Positions 51,099-61,508 of a DNA stretch of 64,000 bases are shown here, piece after piece. Numbering within the stretch: the stretch's first letter is position 1; each line of letters opens with the position of its first letter. The stretch spans positions 16,836-80,835 of the forward strand of contig NZ_SDDV01000009.1 in NCBI RefSeq assembly GCF_014773545.1, in the 5' to 3' direction. Source of the stretch: Hydrogenophaga sp. Its GTDB lineage: Bacteria; Pseudomonadota; Gammaproteobacteria; Burkholderiales; Burkholderiaceae_C. The notes beneath the pieces were generated by a model. The model saw nothing but the letters and a program-made list of their open reading frames with translations, was not told the DNA's origin and did not search any database. Position numbers and translations under genes: made by a program.

Positions 51099-51965
51099 GT
51101 GAAAACCCTGCTGTCTGGACTCGGCAAGCTCAGTGCCCTGCACCTGGCGCTGGGCCTGTCGCTGGCGGTGCACGCTGCGCTGCTGACGGTGCGCTTTATC
51201 GACCCGCAAAGTTTTGACCGCGTGTTCAAGGATACGCCGCTGGAGGTGATTTTGGTCAACGCCGCCAGCGAGCAAGCGCCCGAACAGGCGCAGGCGATTG
51301 CCCAGGTCGCGCTGGCCGGCGGCGGCGCGGCCGACCGCGGCCGCGCCAGCTCACCGCTGCCACCGGCGGCGCAGGCACGCCTGGGTGAGTCAGCGCAGGA
51401 AGACCAGCAGCGCATAGACGCGCTCAAAGAACAGCAACACCAGTTATTGGTGCAGGTCAGGCAACAACTGGCCATGCTGGCGCTGCCCGAGCTGCCCGCC
51501 GAGCGCCAAAACCCGCAAGCCAGCGAGCGCGAACAGCAGCGCTTGGCGCTGGTGAACATGCTGGCCGCGATCGAGCAGCGCATCCAGGAAGAAAACCAGC
51601 GCCCCAGAAAACGCTTCATCAGCCCGGCCACACGCGAGGCGGTGTACGCCATCTACCATGACGAACTGCGCCGCCGTATCGAGGACCACGGCACGCGCAA
51701 CTTTCCAAGCGCCGGTGGACGCAAACTCCACGGTGAACTCACCATGTTGATCACGGTCAACCACACGGGTGAGGTGCTGCACACCGAAGTGGTGCAGGCG
51801 TCGGACATTCCCCTGCTGGACCGGCGCGCGCAGGCAATCGTGCACAGCCTGCGCTTTGATCGGTTCACGCCAGCCATGCGCCGCCAGGCCGATCAACTGG
51901 TGGTGGTGTCGCGCTTTCGCTTCACGCGCGACGAAACCCTGCAAGCTCAACTCTCCAACCCATGA
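51099..51965 (+). CDS. TonB C-terminal-domain protein
   Basis: N-terminal TM SLAVHAALL, LEVILVN, C-terminal TonB-like beta region (SDIPLLDRRA). Confidence 0.75.
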   Translation: MKTLLSGLGKLSALHLALGLSLAVHAALLTVRFIDPQSFDRVFKDTPLEVILVNAASEQAPEQAQAIAQVALAGGGAADRGRASSPLPPAAQARLGESAQEDQQRIDALKEQQHQLLVQVRQQLAMLALPELPAERQNPQASEREQQRLALVNMLAAIEQRIQEENQRPRKRFISPATREAVYAIYHDELRRRIEDHGTRNFPSAGGRKLHGELTMLITVNHTGEVLHTEVVQASDIPLLDRRAQAIVHSLRFDRFTPAMRRQADQLVVVSRFRFTRDETLQAQLSNP

Positions 51966-52759
51966 CCGAAACCCGCCCCCGCCTGAAATCGCTTGGCCGT
52001 TGGCTGATGTGGCTGTTGCTGGCCGGGGTGGCGCTGCAACTCTTTTTTGTGCTGCGCATTGCGCTGCTGCTTGTGCTGGACCCGCACAGCACGGCTTTCA
52101 TGCGATCGGAAGCCTGGCGGCTGGCCAGCCAAAGCCTGGTTGGTACAGAAAACTGGCGCTGGTCGCACCAGTGGGTAGACGCCGAGCAAATCAGCCCCAA
52201 CCTCAAGCGAGCCGTGATTGCCTCTGAAGACGCCGGCTTCATCGAACACGCAGGCGTCGACTGGGAGGCCATCGAAGCGGCCTGGGAGAAAAACGAACAC
52301 CGCCAGCAACTGGCCGAACAACGCGCCGAGCGGCTGCAGCGCCAGCAGGCCCGAAACCCCAGCGCCAGCGCGGCGCCGCAGCGCCCGGTCAGAATCATCG
52401 GCGGATCGACCATCACGCAGCAACTGGCAAAAAACCTGCTGCTCTCGGGCGAGCGCACCCTGCTGCGCAAAGGCCAGGAGCTGGTGCTGGCGCTGGCGCT
52501 GGAGACCTTGCTCAGCAAAGACCGGATTCTGGAGCTCTACCTCAACAGCGTCGAATGGGGCGAAGGCGTGTTCGGCGCCGAAGCCGCCGCCCAGCGTTAT
52601 TTCAGAAAATCGGCGCACCAACTCAGCGCGCATGAAGCGGCGCGGCTGGCAGTGATGCTGCCGCGGCCCAAGTTTTTCGAAACCCGCCAAAATTCGGCTT
52701 TTCTGGCGCGCCGCGCTGCCACCATCGTCGCGCGCATGGGCGACGTCAGCCTGCCCTGA
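51962..52759 (+). CDS. mtgA: Monofunctional biosynthetic peptidoglycan transglycosylase
   Basis: AVIASEDAGF, GGSTITQQLAKNL, RKGQEL, ELYLNSVEWG. Confidence 0.95.
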   Translation: MTETRPRLKSLGRWLMWLLLAGVALQLFFVLRIALLLVLDPHSTAFMRSEAWRLASQSLVGTENWRWSHQWVDAEQISPNLKRAVIASEDAGFIEHAGVDWEAIEAAWEKNEHRQQLAEQRAERLQRQQARNPSASAAPQRPVRIIGGSTITQQLAKNLLLSGERTLLRKGQELVLALALETLLSKDRILELYLNSVEWGEGVFGAEAAAQRYFRKSAHQLSAHEAARLAVMLPRPKFFETRQNSAFLARRAATIVARMGDVSLP

Positions 52760-52783
52760 CCAAAACCCCCCACATCCCCCCAC

Positions 52784-53332
52784 ATGCGCATCCTCGGCAT
52801 AGACCCGGGCCTGCAGTGCACCGGATTTGGCGTCATTGACGCCGACGGCGCCAGCCTGCGCTACGTCGCCAGCGGCACCATCCGAACGCGGCCAAGCGAC
52901 GGCGCCTTGCTGCCGGCGCGCCTGAAGCTGCTGTTTGACGGCATCGGCGAGGTGGTGCAACGCTACCAGCCCGAGGCCTCGGCCTGCGAGATCGTGTTTG
53001 TCAACATCAACCCGCAAGCCACGCTGCTGCTGGGTCAGGCACGCGGCGCCTGCCTGACCGCGCTGGTGGCCAACCAACTGCCCGTGGCCGAATACACCGC
53101 GCTGCAACTCAAGAAAGCGGTGGTCGGCTACGGCCGGGCCAGCAAGCCCCAGGTGCAGGAAATGGTCAAACGCCTTCTGCTGCTGCCCGGCCTACCCGGC
53201 CCGGACGCCGCCGATGCGCTCGGGCTGGCGATCACGCACGCCCAGGTCAGCCGCACGCTGCAAGCCATTGGCCAAGTCGGCAACTTGCAAGCGCGCACCC
53301 ACGCGGCTTACAAGGGCGGGCGCAGCTATTGA
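52784..53332 (+). CDS. ruvC: Holliday junction resolvase RuvC
   Basis: [44 protein letters not shown]. Confidence 0.96.
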   Translation: MRILGIDPGLQCTGFGVIDADGASLRYVASGTIRTRPSDGALLPARLKLLFDGIGEVVQRYQPEASACEIVFVNINPQATLLLGQARGACLTALVANQLPVAEYTALQLKKAVVGYGRASKPQVQEMVKRLLLLPGLPGPDAADALGLAITHAQVSRTLQAIGQVGNLQARTHAAYKGGRSY

Positions 53333-53499
53333 ATCTGGCACCGGCAGATGAGCGCTTGATTGTGCGCACAAGGGTTTGATATGCAAAAGTTTTTTGACAT
53401 TCAGGTCGATCACCTTGCTGGTGCGAGCGCTGCACGCCCGGACACCGTATGAAGTACGGCTCAGGGCGCTGGTTTTCTCTTTACGGATCACTTCTTAAG

Positions 53500-53717
53500 C
53501 CCTTCGACAGGCTCAGGGCGAACGGTTCAGGGGCTCAGGGTGAACACTTGACACTTCAGTAATCTCCACTGCCGTCTCGATGGAATCTCCACTGCCGTCT
53601 CGATGAAATCTCCACTGCCGTCTCGATGGAATCTCCACTGCCGTTCGGGCTGAGCCTGTCGAAGCCCAGCCCGAACGCGCCGCCCTTCGCCAAGCCGGCC
53701 CTGAGCCGGTTGAAGGG
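53500..53717. repeat. REP-like cluster 1 with an internal 23-bp tandem array
   Basis: CCCTTCGACAGGCTCAGGGCGAACGG (53500-53525), inverted copy at 53641-53666, partial copies at 53532-53545 and 53697-53717; AATCTCCACTGCCGTCTCGATG(G/A) x3 plus 15 nt at 53561-53644. Confidence 0.85.
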
Positions 53718-53764
53718 CCGGCCGAAGGGGGAATTCATCTGACCGGGCCCCCTATCATCGGCGC

Positions 53765-54637
53765 ATGTCCAAATCCGCCCCCCCTGCCCCGGCAGTCACA
53801 TTGCAACACCATCTGCCCGACTTGCGCGCCGGGCAGTCCGTCGAGTTGCTCAAAGAGCTGCACATTCTGACCCGTGACGGCCGTATCAACCAAGATTCGC
53901 GGCGCAAGCTCAAGCAAGTCAACCACCTGCTGCAATTCATCGAGCCGCTGCTGGCCGAGGTGCTGGCGGCTCAGGCTGAGGTGACGCTGGCCGACCATGG
54001 CGCCGGCAAGTCTTATCTGGGCTTCATGCTGTACGACTTGTTTTTCAAGGACAAACCGGCTGGCGCGGTGCTGGGGGTGGAGTCGCGCGCCGAATTGGTG
54101 CAACACTCCCGTGCGCTGGCGCAGCGTCTGGGGTTTACCCGCATGAGTTTTCTGGCCGGCACGGTGCAACAGGCGCTGACGCACCCGCAACTGCCTGCGC
54201 GCATAGACGTGGTGACTGCCCTGCACGCCTGCGACACTGCCACCGACGACGCCATTGCTTTCGGGCTGGCGCGCCAGGCACGCTTCATGGTGCTGGTGCC
54301 CTGTTGTCAGGCCGAGGTGGCGGGCGTGCTGCGTCAACACAAGGCCTTGAATCTGCGCCGCACGCCGCTGGCAGAACTCTGGCGCCACCCCTTGCACACG
54401 CGCGAGTTGGGCAGCCAGATCACCAATGTGTTGCGCTGCCTGCTGTTGCAGGCGCAGGGCTACAGCGTCACCGTGACCGAGCTGGTGGGTTGGGAGCATT
54501 CAATGAAAAACGAGCTGATTCTGGCGCGCCGCGTGCAACCCGATCAGCCCGATCAGCGCGCGCAGGCACGCACACGCTTGCAACAGTTGCTGCAAACCTT
54601 CGATCTGCAAGCGCTCGGGCCGCGCTTTGCGGCCTGA
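53765..54637 (+). CDS. Class I SAM-dependent methyltransferase, substrate unknown
   Basis: DHGAGKSYLGF, ALHACDTATDDAI, VPCCQAE, HSMKN. Confidence 0.8.
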   Translation: MSKSAPPAPAVTLQHHLPDLRAGQSVELLKELHILTRDGRINQDSRRKLKQVNHLLQFIEPLLAEVLAAQAEVTLADHGAGKSYLGFMLYDLFFKDKPAGAVLGVESRAELVQHSRALAQRLGFTRMSFLAGTVQQALTHPQLPARIDVVTALHACDTATDDAIAFGLARQARFMVLVPCCQAEVAGVLRQHKALNLRRTPLAELWRHPLHTRELGSQITNVLRCLLLQAQGYSVTVTELVGWEHSMKNELILARRVQPDQPDQRAQARTRLQQLLQTFDLQALGPRFAA

Positions 54638-54833
54638 TGGCTGCTGCGGCACGGACCCGCGCCGGCGCAGCGCAGAACTGGCCGGCCAAGACCCGGCATT
54701 TCTGCGTTTGTCTGGCTATTTCCTACACGTGGAATGGATGGCTGCCGACTCAACAATCTGCTTGCGCTTGAATACAGTTGCAGACATGAACAAACGCCTT
54801 GTTTGCCCGCCCTGCATCGAACCGGAACACGCC

Positions 54834-55088
54834 ATGAAACACAGCCCAAGCCCTGTCAACCCTTTTGTTCTCATGCTTGACCCCGAGGCCGTGCTGCGGG
54901 TGATCGAAAACAGCAGCAAACTGAACAGCCTGCGCCAGCACATCTGCCGCCCGCTCGACAAGCCACTGATTCCCAAGACGCACGGGGTGGCACAGGCTTT
55001 CGATGCCACCCTGGACAGCCAAGACTTCATGGACAGCGGCAGCAATCCTTATCTGCGGGCGCAGCCCGCGCTGCAAGCCTTGCACTGA
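54834..55088 (+). CDS. Small hypothetical protein (84 aa)
   Basis: MKHSPSPVNPFVLMLDPEAVL...ICRPLDKPLIPK; fills the gap before the convergent ABC permease; start uncertain. Confidence 0.5.
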   Translation: MKHSPSPVNPFVLMLDPEAVLRVIENSSKLNSLRQHICRPLDKPLIPKTHGVAQAFDATLDSQDFMDSGSNPYLRAQPALQALH

Positions 55089-55109
55089 GGACGCAGCGCG
55101 GATATTGCT

Positions 55110-55940
55110 TCAGCGCGCAAAGCGCTTGCGCGTGAGCGCCAGCGCCAGCCAGAACGCCGCCACGCCGTAGCCCAGCAGCGCCCCGCCATGCAGCCAGGCC
55201 TGTGCTGGCCACTGGTTCAGAAACAGCGGGCGCACCAGTTCAACCGCGTGCGTCAGCGGCAGCCAGTCTGAAACGTCTTGCACCAAGTCCGGCAACTGCT
55301 CACGCGGGAAAAACACCCCAGACAAAAACATCATCGGCGTCAGAAACAGCGTGAAGTAATAGGTGAAAAAGTCATAACCCTTGGCCAGCGCATTGAATAC
55401 CAGGGCCAGACAGGAAAACACAATGCCCACGCCCAGCAGCACCGGCAAAGCCAGCAACAGCTTGGGGGCGTGGCTGATGCCCAGCGCCAGCATCACCAGC
55501 AAAATCGCGCTGACTGCAAACAAGGCTTTGAAGGCAGCCCACAGCATCTCGGCCAGCAGCACGTCGTCCAGGCTGACCGGGGCGTTCAAAATACCGTCCC
55601 AGGTCTTTTGCACGTGCATGCGTGAAAAAGCCGAATACAGCGCCTCGAAGCTGGCCGCGTTCATGGCGCTCAGGCAGATGCTGCCGCTGGCCAGAAACAA
55701 AATATAGGGCAGCAGCACCTGCCCCTGCGGCGTGCTCAGCTCAACCTGGCCGACCAGCATGCCCATGCCGTAACCAAACGCCACCAACCACATCAGCGGC
55801 TCGGCAATATTGCCCACCAAGCTGGGCACGGCCAGCTTGCGCCAGACCAGCAGGTTGCGCAAGAAAACCGGCCACCAACGCATCGACAAGCGCGGCGCGG
55901 CCCAGGGTGAAGCTTGGCGTGGCGTTGCGGTAGGCGTCAT
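55110..55940 (-). CDS. ABC-2 transporter permease, NodJ-like
   Basis: [33 protein letters not shown]. Confidence 0.88.
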   Translation of the reverse strand: MTPTATPRQASPWAAPRLSMRWWPVFLRNLLVWRKLAVPSLVGNIAEPLMWLVAFGYGMGMLVGQVELSTPQGQVLLPYILFLASGSICLSAMNAASFEALYSAFSRMHVQKTWDGILNAPVSLDDVLLAEMLWAAFKALFAVSAILLVMLALGISHAPKLLLALPVLLGVGIVFSCLALVFNALAKGYDFFTYYFTLFLTPMMFLSGVFFPREQLPDLVQDVSDWLPLTHAVELVRPLFLNQWPAQAWLHGGALLGYGVAAFWLALALTRKRFAR

Positions 55941-56872
55941 GAGTCAACCCGTATCTGGCGTCCGGTCAGTTTCAAAAAGAGGTCTTCCAGGTTGGCCGGT
56001 CGGTGCAAGGTGCGCAAGGCCGCGTGCTCTGCCAGCGCGGCCAGCAGCGGACGCGCCTGTGCGGTGTAAAAAAACACCGTCTCACCGCTGACCTCGACGC
56101 GTGCGGCCAAAGCGCGCAACGCGGCATGCTGCGGCGCGCGCGCCAGCGTCAGCGCACCGCCGCCGTAGACCTCGACCACGTCGGGCTCCAGGTGCTGGGC
56201 GATCAGCTCGCGCGGCCTGCCTTCGGCAATTTTGCGGCCGTGGTCCAGCACCAGCAAGCGCGAACACAGGCGCTCGGCCTCGTCCATGAAATGGGTGGTG
56301 AGCAAAATGCTCTTGCCCTGTTGCAGCAAGCGCTGCAGCCGCTCCCACAGCAGGTGGCGCGCCTGCGGGTCCAGCCCAGTGGTGGGCTCATCGAGCAACA
56401 GCAGCCGCGGGTCGTTGACCAGCGCGCGCGCCAGCGACAAGCGCCGCTTCATGCCGCCCGAGAGCTCACCTGGCTTGGCATCGGCACGATGCGCCAGCGC
56501 GGCAAACTCCAGCAACGGGGCAATGCGCGGGCGCATCTGCGCTGCCGTCAGCCCGAAATAACGGCCGTAGACCAGCAGGTTTTCAGCGCAGGAAAAATCC
56601 GGGTCCAAGGTGTCGAGCTGGCTGACCACGCCCAGTTGCGCCTTGATCGCCAGCGCATCGCGCGGCATCTGCAGTCCAAAGGCCGAAATGTGTCCGCTGT
56701 CGGGAACGGTCAGCCCCAGGCACAGGCGAATGGTGGTGGTCTTGCCCGCGCCGTTGGGGCCAATGACGCCCAGACATTCGCCGGGCTCGATCACAAAACT
56801 CAGGTCATCCACCACGGTGGCAGCGCCGTAGCGCTTGACGAGGTGCTGGCAGTCGAACAGTGCTTTGGTCAC
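55937..56872 (-). CDS. ABC transporter ATPase, NodI-like
   Basis: [53 protein letters not shown]. Confidence 0.9.
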   Translation of the reverse strand: MTKALFDCQHLVKRYGAATVVDDLSFVIEPGECLGVIGPNGAGKTTTIRLCLGLTVPDSGHISAFGLQMPRDALAIKAQLGVVSQLDTLDPDFSCAENLLVYGRYFGLTAAQMRPRIAPLLEFAALAHRADAKPGELSGGMKRRLSLARALVNDPRLLLLDEPTTGLDPQARHLLWERLQRLLQQGKSILLTTHFMDEAERLCSRLLVLDHGRKIAEGRPRELIAQHLEPDVVEVYGGGALTLARAPQHAALRALAARVEVSGETVFFYTAQARPLLAALAEHAALRTLHRPANLEDLFLKLTGRQIRVDS

Positions 56873-56965
56873 GGCTGGGAATTGTGCGGCTAAAGGCTGC
56901 GATTATGCTTGCGTTACGATGCACAATGATGTAAATTGACACACCACTCATCCCGGGAGGAAAAA

Positions 56966-57932
56966 ATGATCAGGACTTGCATTGTCGCACTCGCATTCGG
57001 CTCCAGTTTGCTGTTGGTCGCCTGTGGCGGCGGCGGCGGTGGCACTGGCGGTGCAGCGCTCACCGCGTCAACTCCTCTGACGGCTGCCAACTACAGCGAC
57101 ATCTCGCGCAACGTGGTCAATCCGCTGATCCACAGCGGCATCGTTTATTCATTCATTCCCTTGCAGACGGCCAGCAGCGCCGCCAGCCCTGCGCCATCCG
57201 GCGTACACGCGCTGGCCACGGGTCGGGTGGCGGACATGGCCCGCTTTGCCATTGACCGTTTGAAGCAGCGGCAAACGCCGCTGGAACGGCCCATGTCTAT
57301 TTACACCGAGGTGGTTGATTGTCCGATTAGCGGCACATTAGAAACCACCCTTAACGACGCCGACAACAACCAGGCACCGTCCAGTGGTGACTCGATGACC
57401 GTGCATGCAGAGGCATGTGTGCTTGAAGCCGGCCTTGCGCCGGTCAGCGGACGTCTGCGCTTTGATTTGGAACACATCAGCTTTGTTGCAAATCGATTGG
57501 ACGAATGGGACGCTGTCACGCTGAAGTTGACGTTCGACAACTTCAGCAGCGCTGGCGAGGTAGGGGCTGGTTCAGTCCGAATGGTGGCCGACACCGGCAG
57601 CATTACCCTTGACTACGATCGCCTGCTGGTCAGCTCCGCGGTCGGCACCATGACGCTCGACTACACCCACCGTGATGCGGCATGATGTTTCGCCCCGCAC
57701 CGCAACCTTCAGCGGCCACATCGCCCTCGACGACAGTTGGTACGGCGTGAACACCCCGCAACCCTTGCAGATGGGCGCGTTCTACCCCGTGGCAGGCGTC
57801 TTGCAGCTTAGCGACGGGCACGGCAGCCGGGTTGACGTCCACATGGGTCAGGTCGGCTTCACTCTGACCCTGTATTTGCCGGGTGACGATGAAGCCGATG
57901 CCGAATCCGAAGAGTTCCCCTGGACCGATTGA
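56966..57932 (+). pseudogene. Predicted lipoprotein gene split by a +1 frameshift (56966-57685 and 57672-57932)
   Basis: GGGAGG RBS, lipobox LLVAC followed by poly-Gly; the second ORF starts at the first ORF's stop and continues the same beta-rich composition. Confidence 0.6.
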
Positions 57933-58043
57933 CGGCGGCGCACGGGATTGGACAGCCGCTGACGGCGGCTGCCGTCTGAGCCGTGCGCGGTGTGGGCGGC
58001 AAAGTGCGGATAATCAGGCCCTTTCGCCCCAGGATTGCCCGCC

Positions 58044-58907
58044 GTGTCCAGCACTTTGCACCTTGCCCTCCAGCACCTGCTGCCCAAGCGCGCCCTGACC
58101 GAACTCGCCGGACGCCTGGCCGCTGCCCAGGGCGGGCGCTTGACGCAGGCTGTCTTGCGCTGGTTTGTGCGCCGCTACCAGGTCAACATGAGCGAAGCGG
58201 CCAATCCCGATTTGCGCAGCTACGCCAGTTTCAACGACTTTTTCAGCCGCGCGCTGCGCCCAGGCGCTCGGGCGCTGGCGCCGGCCGACTGGGTTTGCCC
58301 GGTCGACGGCGCCATCAGCCAATGTGGCCCGATCGAGCGCGACCAGATTTTCCAGGCCAAAGGCCACCGCTACAGCACGCAAGCGCTGCTGGGCGGCGAC
58401 GCGGCGCTGGCAGCACAGTTCGACGACGGCGTGTTTGCCACCATTTACCTCAGCCCGCGCGACTACCACCGCATCCACATGCCGGCGCGCGCACGGCTGC
58501 GGCGCATGCTGCACGTGCCGGGCGAGCTGTTTTCTGTCAACCCGGCGACGGCGCGCGGCGTGCCGGGGCTGTTTGCGCGCAACGAGCGCGTGGTCTGCGT
58601 GTTCGATCTGCCGCTGCCAGCCGGCGGCCAGACCCGCCCTTTTGCGCTGGTGCTGGTGGGCGCAACGGTGGTCGGCAGCATGGCCACCGTCTGGCACGGC
58701 GTGGTCAACCCGCCGCGCCCGGGCCACCTGCGCCAGTGGCATTACGACGAACCGGCGATCACGCTGGAGCAAGGCGCGGAAATGGGGCGCTTTTTGCTCG
58801 GCTCGACCGTGGTGCTGCTGTGGCCCAAAGGCTGTATGGCTTTGCACCCCGACTGGGCTGCAGGTCGCAGCGTGCGCATGGGCGAGGCCATGGGCCGCCT
58901 GATGTGA
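58044..58907 (+). CDS. psd: Phosphatidylserine decarboxylase proenzyme
   Basis: SFNDFFSR, CPVDG, YLSPRDYHR, RNER, self-cleavage motif LGST. Confidence 0.92.
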   Translation: MSSTLHLALQHLLPKRALTELAGRLAAAQGGRLTQAVLRWFVRRYQVNMSEAANPDLRSYASFNDFFSRALRPGARALAPADWVCPVDGAISQCGPIERDQIFQAKGHRYSTQALLGGDAALAAQFDDGVFATIYLSPRDYHRIHMPARARLRRMLHVPGELFSVNPATARGVPGLFARNERVVCVFDLPLPAGGQTRPFALVLVGATVVGSMATVWHGVVNPPRPGHLRQWHYDEPAITLEQGAEMGRFLLGSTVVLLWPKGCMALHPDWAAGRSVRMGEAMGRLM

Positions 58908-59080
58908 CGGCTTTCACAAGCGCGCGGCGGTTGCGCGCGCGCCGCTTCGGGTGGATTAAACCTAAATCCGGCAGTTCAGGCTATCGAATCCGGCTGAAAG
59001 CTATTGATCCGGCCCGCAGAAGTCTGTCGAAAAACGATCGCATGATGAAGCCCGCGGGCATTGTTGAAACACCCAGACCC

Positions 59081-59298
59081 CCGTTCGGGCTGAGCCTGTA
59101 TTTCCGACTGGCCTGAGCTTGTCGAAGGAAGCCCTTCGACAAGCTCAGGGCGAACGGGGATCGGCGGCACGTCGGTGCCGGTGCTGCGTTGCGGCCCTTC
59201 GACAGGCTTCCTTCGACAAGCTCAGGACAGGCCCTTCGACAGGCTCAGGGCGAACGGTTTGCAGGGCGAACGGTTTGCAGGGCGAACGGTTTGCAGGG
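59081..59298. repeat. REP-like cluster 2 with nested copies and a 16-bp tandem array
   Basis: Full copies at 59132-59157 and 59232-59257 (the latter identical to 53500-53525), partial copies at 59081-59099 and 59195-59208, 22-bp perfect inverted pair 59112-59133/59205-59226, CAGGGCGAACGGTTTG x3 at 59246-59293. Confidence 0.85.
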
Positions 59299-59481
59299 AA
59301 TTGCTATCGTCCCAAAACCGGCTTTCACCCTTGCTGAATCCGAAAAGCTCCATCATTGACGCGGGACATAATCACACGGAACTCGACAGGCGTTTTTGGA
59401 TGCGGGCTCGTGAACCTGAATCAGGTACTTGGCCGCGCAATTCCCGCTGGAGCCGCCCTGGGTCGCGTCCAACGGCCGGGT

Positions 59482-60795
59482 TCAGGTTGAATTTTTCTGC
59501 TGGTTGCGCCTTTTCAGCTCGCGCAGGCGCTCGGCAATACGAATCTCCAGCCCGCGCTCGACCGGACGGTAAAAACCCGGCTCGGCCATGCCGACGGGCA
59601 AATAGCGCTCACCGGCGGCAAAGCCATCTTGCTCATCGTGCGCGTAGCGGTAGCCTTTGCCGCAGTCCAGCGCCTTCATGAGATCAGTCGGTGCGTTGCG
59701 CAGGTGCTTGGGAACCGCTCGCGTGCCGTCTTTCTTGACCCAGGCGCGCGCCTCATTGAAAGCCTGGTAGGCCGCATTCGACTTCGGCGCCACAGCCAGG
59801 TACAGCACACACTGGGCCAGCGCCAGTTCGCCTTCGGGGCTGCCCAGGCGTTCGTACACCTCGGCCGCATCCAGCGCCAGGCGCAGCGCGCGCGGGTCGG
59901 CCAGGCCAATGTCTTCGCTGGCGGTGCGGATCAGGCGCCGCGCCAGGTAGCGCGGATCGGCCCCGCCGTCCAACATGCGCGCAAACCAGTACAGCGCGGC
60001 GTCCGGGTCGGAGCCGCGCAGGCTTTTGTGCAGCGCGCTGATGGTGTCGTAGAACTGATCGCCGCCCTTGTCGTAGCGCCGCATCCGCTCACCCAATACC
60101 TGCTGCACCCAGGCTGCGCTGACGCTGGTGCGCTGCTCTTGGCGGGCGGCCAGCGTCAGCGTCTCCAGTGTGTTGAGCAGCCGCCGCGCGTCGCCGTCGG
60201 CGTGGGCGATCAAGAGCGCGAGCGCTTCGGGCTCGATGTGCGGCACGGCGGCCTGGGCCTGCGCTTTGTCGACGATCTGGCGCAGGTCGTCTTCAGACAA
60301 AGGCAGCAGCACGTAGACGGTGGCGCGCGAGAGCAAGGCTGAATTGACCTCGAACGACGGGTTTTCGGTCGTGGCGCCGATGAAGGTGAACAGGCCGGAT
60401 TCGACGTGTGGCAAAAACGCATCTTGCTGGCTTTTGTTGAAGCGGTGCACCTCGTCGACGAACACCAGGGTGCGCCGGGCCGGCAAGCCGTCGCGCGCGG
60501 CCAGCGCCTGCTCGACCGCCTCGCGAATGTCTTTCATGCCGCCAAGCACCGCGCTGATGCTGATGAACTGGGCGTCAAAGGCGTGGGCCATCAGGCGTGC
60601 GATGGTGGTTTTGCCCACGCCGGGCGGGCCCCAGAGGATGCAACTGTGCGGCTGGCCCGATTCAAATGACAGGCGCAGCGCCGTGCCCGGGCCCAGCACC
60701 TGCTGCTGGCCGACCACCTCGGCCAACGTGTGCGGGCGCAGGCGCTCGGCCAGCGGCTCGTGCCTGGCAGCGGCCTGGCGCACGGCGGAACTCAA
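59482..60795 (-). CDS. rarA: Replication-associated recombination protein A (MgsA)
   Basis: PLAERLRP, WGPPGVGKTT, DEVHRFNKSQQD, GATTENP, ASEDIGLADP; start uncertain (TTG overlapping the lolA stop). Confidence 0.93.
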   Translation of the reverse strand: MSSAVRQAAARHEPLAERLRPHTLAEVVGQQQVLGPGTALRLSFESGQPHSCILWGPPGVGKTTIARLMAHAFDAQFISISAVLGGMKDIREAVEQALAARDGLPARRTLVFVDEVHRFNKSQQDAFLPHVESGLFTFIGATTENPSFEVNSALLSRATVYVLLPLSEDDLRQIVDKAQAQAAVPHIEPEALALLIAHADGDARRLLNTLETLTLAARQEQRTSVSAAWVQQVLGERMRRYDKGGDQFYDTISALHKSLRGSDPDAALYWFARMLDGGADPRYLARRLIRTASEDIGLADPRALRLALDAAEVYERLGSPEGELALAQCVLYLAVAPKSNAAYQAFNEARAWVKKDGTRAVPKHLRNAPTDLMKALDCGKGYRYAHDEQDGFAAGERYLPVGMAEPGFYRPVERGLEIRIAERLRELKRRNQQKNST

Positions 60796-61430
60796 GGGCG
60801 AATCACGCTCACGCCGGGCGGTGGCTGAAAGCGAAAGTGCTCGGCTTTGAGTGCCGTCGTTTCCTGCCAGGGACCAAAGCTCAGCACCGAGCGCTGACCC
60901 AGGCTGTCGGCGATTTCCAGCACGGCGAGTTGGCCCTGACGAAAACCGATGCGCACGCTTTGCAACTGTCCGTCTTGCAGCTTGGGACGCGCCAGCAGCC
61001 ATTGCAGACCGTCTTGCGCCGGTGCCGCCTGCAGGTAAAACAGATCAGACAAAGTGCGTATATCGGTGCCGGCGGCGATCAGCGCCGCCGGCGTGCTGCC
61101 CAGCACGTCTTGCTGGCGGCGCGCCGTCACCTGATCCAGATCGACGTCGTGCAACCACAGCGTTTGCCCGTCGGCCACGATGATCTGCTCGAACGGCCGG
61201 CTGTATTCGAAGCGAAACCGGTTCGGGCGCAAGAATTCAAAGCTTCCGCTCGATGTTCTGCTGCGCGCGGCAGTGTCGCCGGCGCGGCGCGGCAGGGTCA
61301 CGACCTGGGTGAAGCTGGCCTGCCCGCTGTGCACCTCACGCAAAAAGCGCTCCAAATCCTGCAGACCGTCGGCGCGCGCCGCAGCGGCGCTGAGCGCCAG
61401 TGCGGCGCAAACAAGAAGAAATTTGATCAT
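60792..61430 (-). CDS. lolA: Outer-membrane lipoprotein carrier LolA
   Basis: Signal peptide, ASFTQVV, RPNRFRFEY, IIVADGQTLW, STPAALI; ftsK-lolA-rarA order. Confidence 0.93.
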   Translation of the reverse strand: MIKFLLVCAALALSAAAARADGLQDLERFLREVHSGQASFTQVVTLPRRAGDTAARSRTSSGSFEFLRPNRFRFEYSRPFEQIIVADGQTLWLHDVDLDQVTARRQQDVLGSTPAALIAAGTDIRTLSDLFYLQAAPAQDGLQWLLARPKLQDGQLQSVRIGFRQGQLAVLEIADSLGQRSVLSFGPWQETTALKAEHFRFQPPPGVSVIRP

Positions 61431-61508
61431 GGCCCATGCTGGTCTGTGACTAAAAACGAAACCCGTCTGCGGTTGACCCGTTGGCGCGCACAAGGTTGCA
61501 TGCCGCCC

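Noticed and set aside
53333-53499. Possible riboswitch, sRNA or toxin remnant after ruvC
   Set aside because: No recognisable RNA motif or protein signature in any frame; only a short hairpin and a partial REP-like end
53561-53644. Possible CRISPR array (23-bp repeats)
   Set aside because: Units are head-to-tail with no spacers, and there are no cas genes in the window
55110-56872. Nodulation genes nodIJ
   Set aside because: No nodABC; NodIJ-like ABC-2 exporters are common in non-symbiotic Burkholderiales
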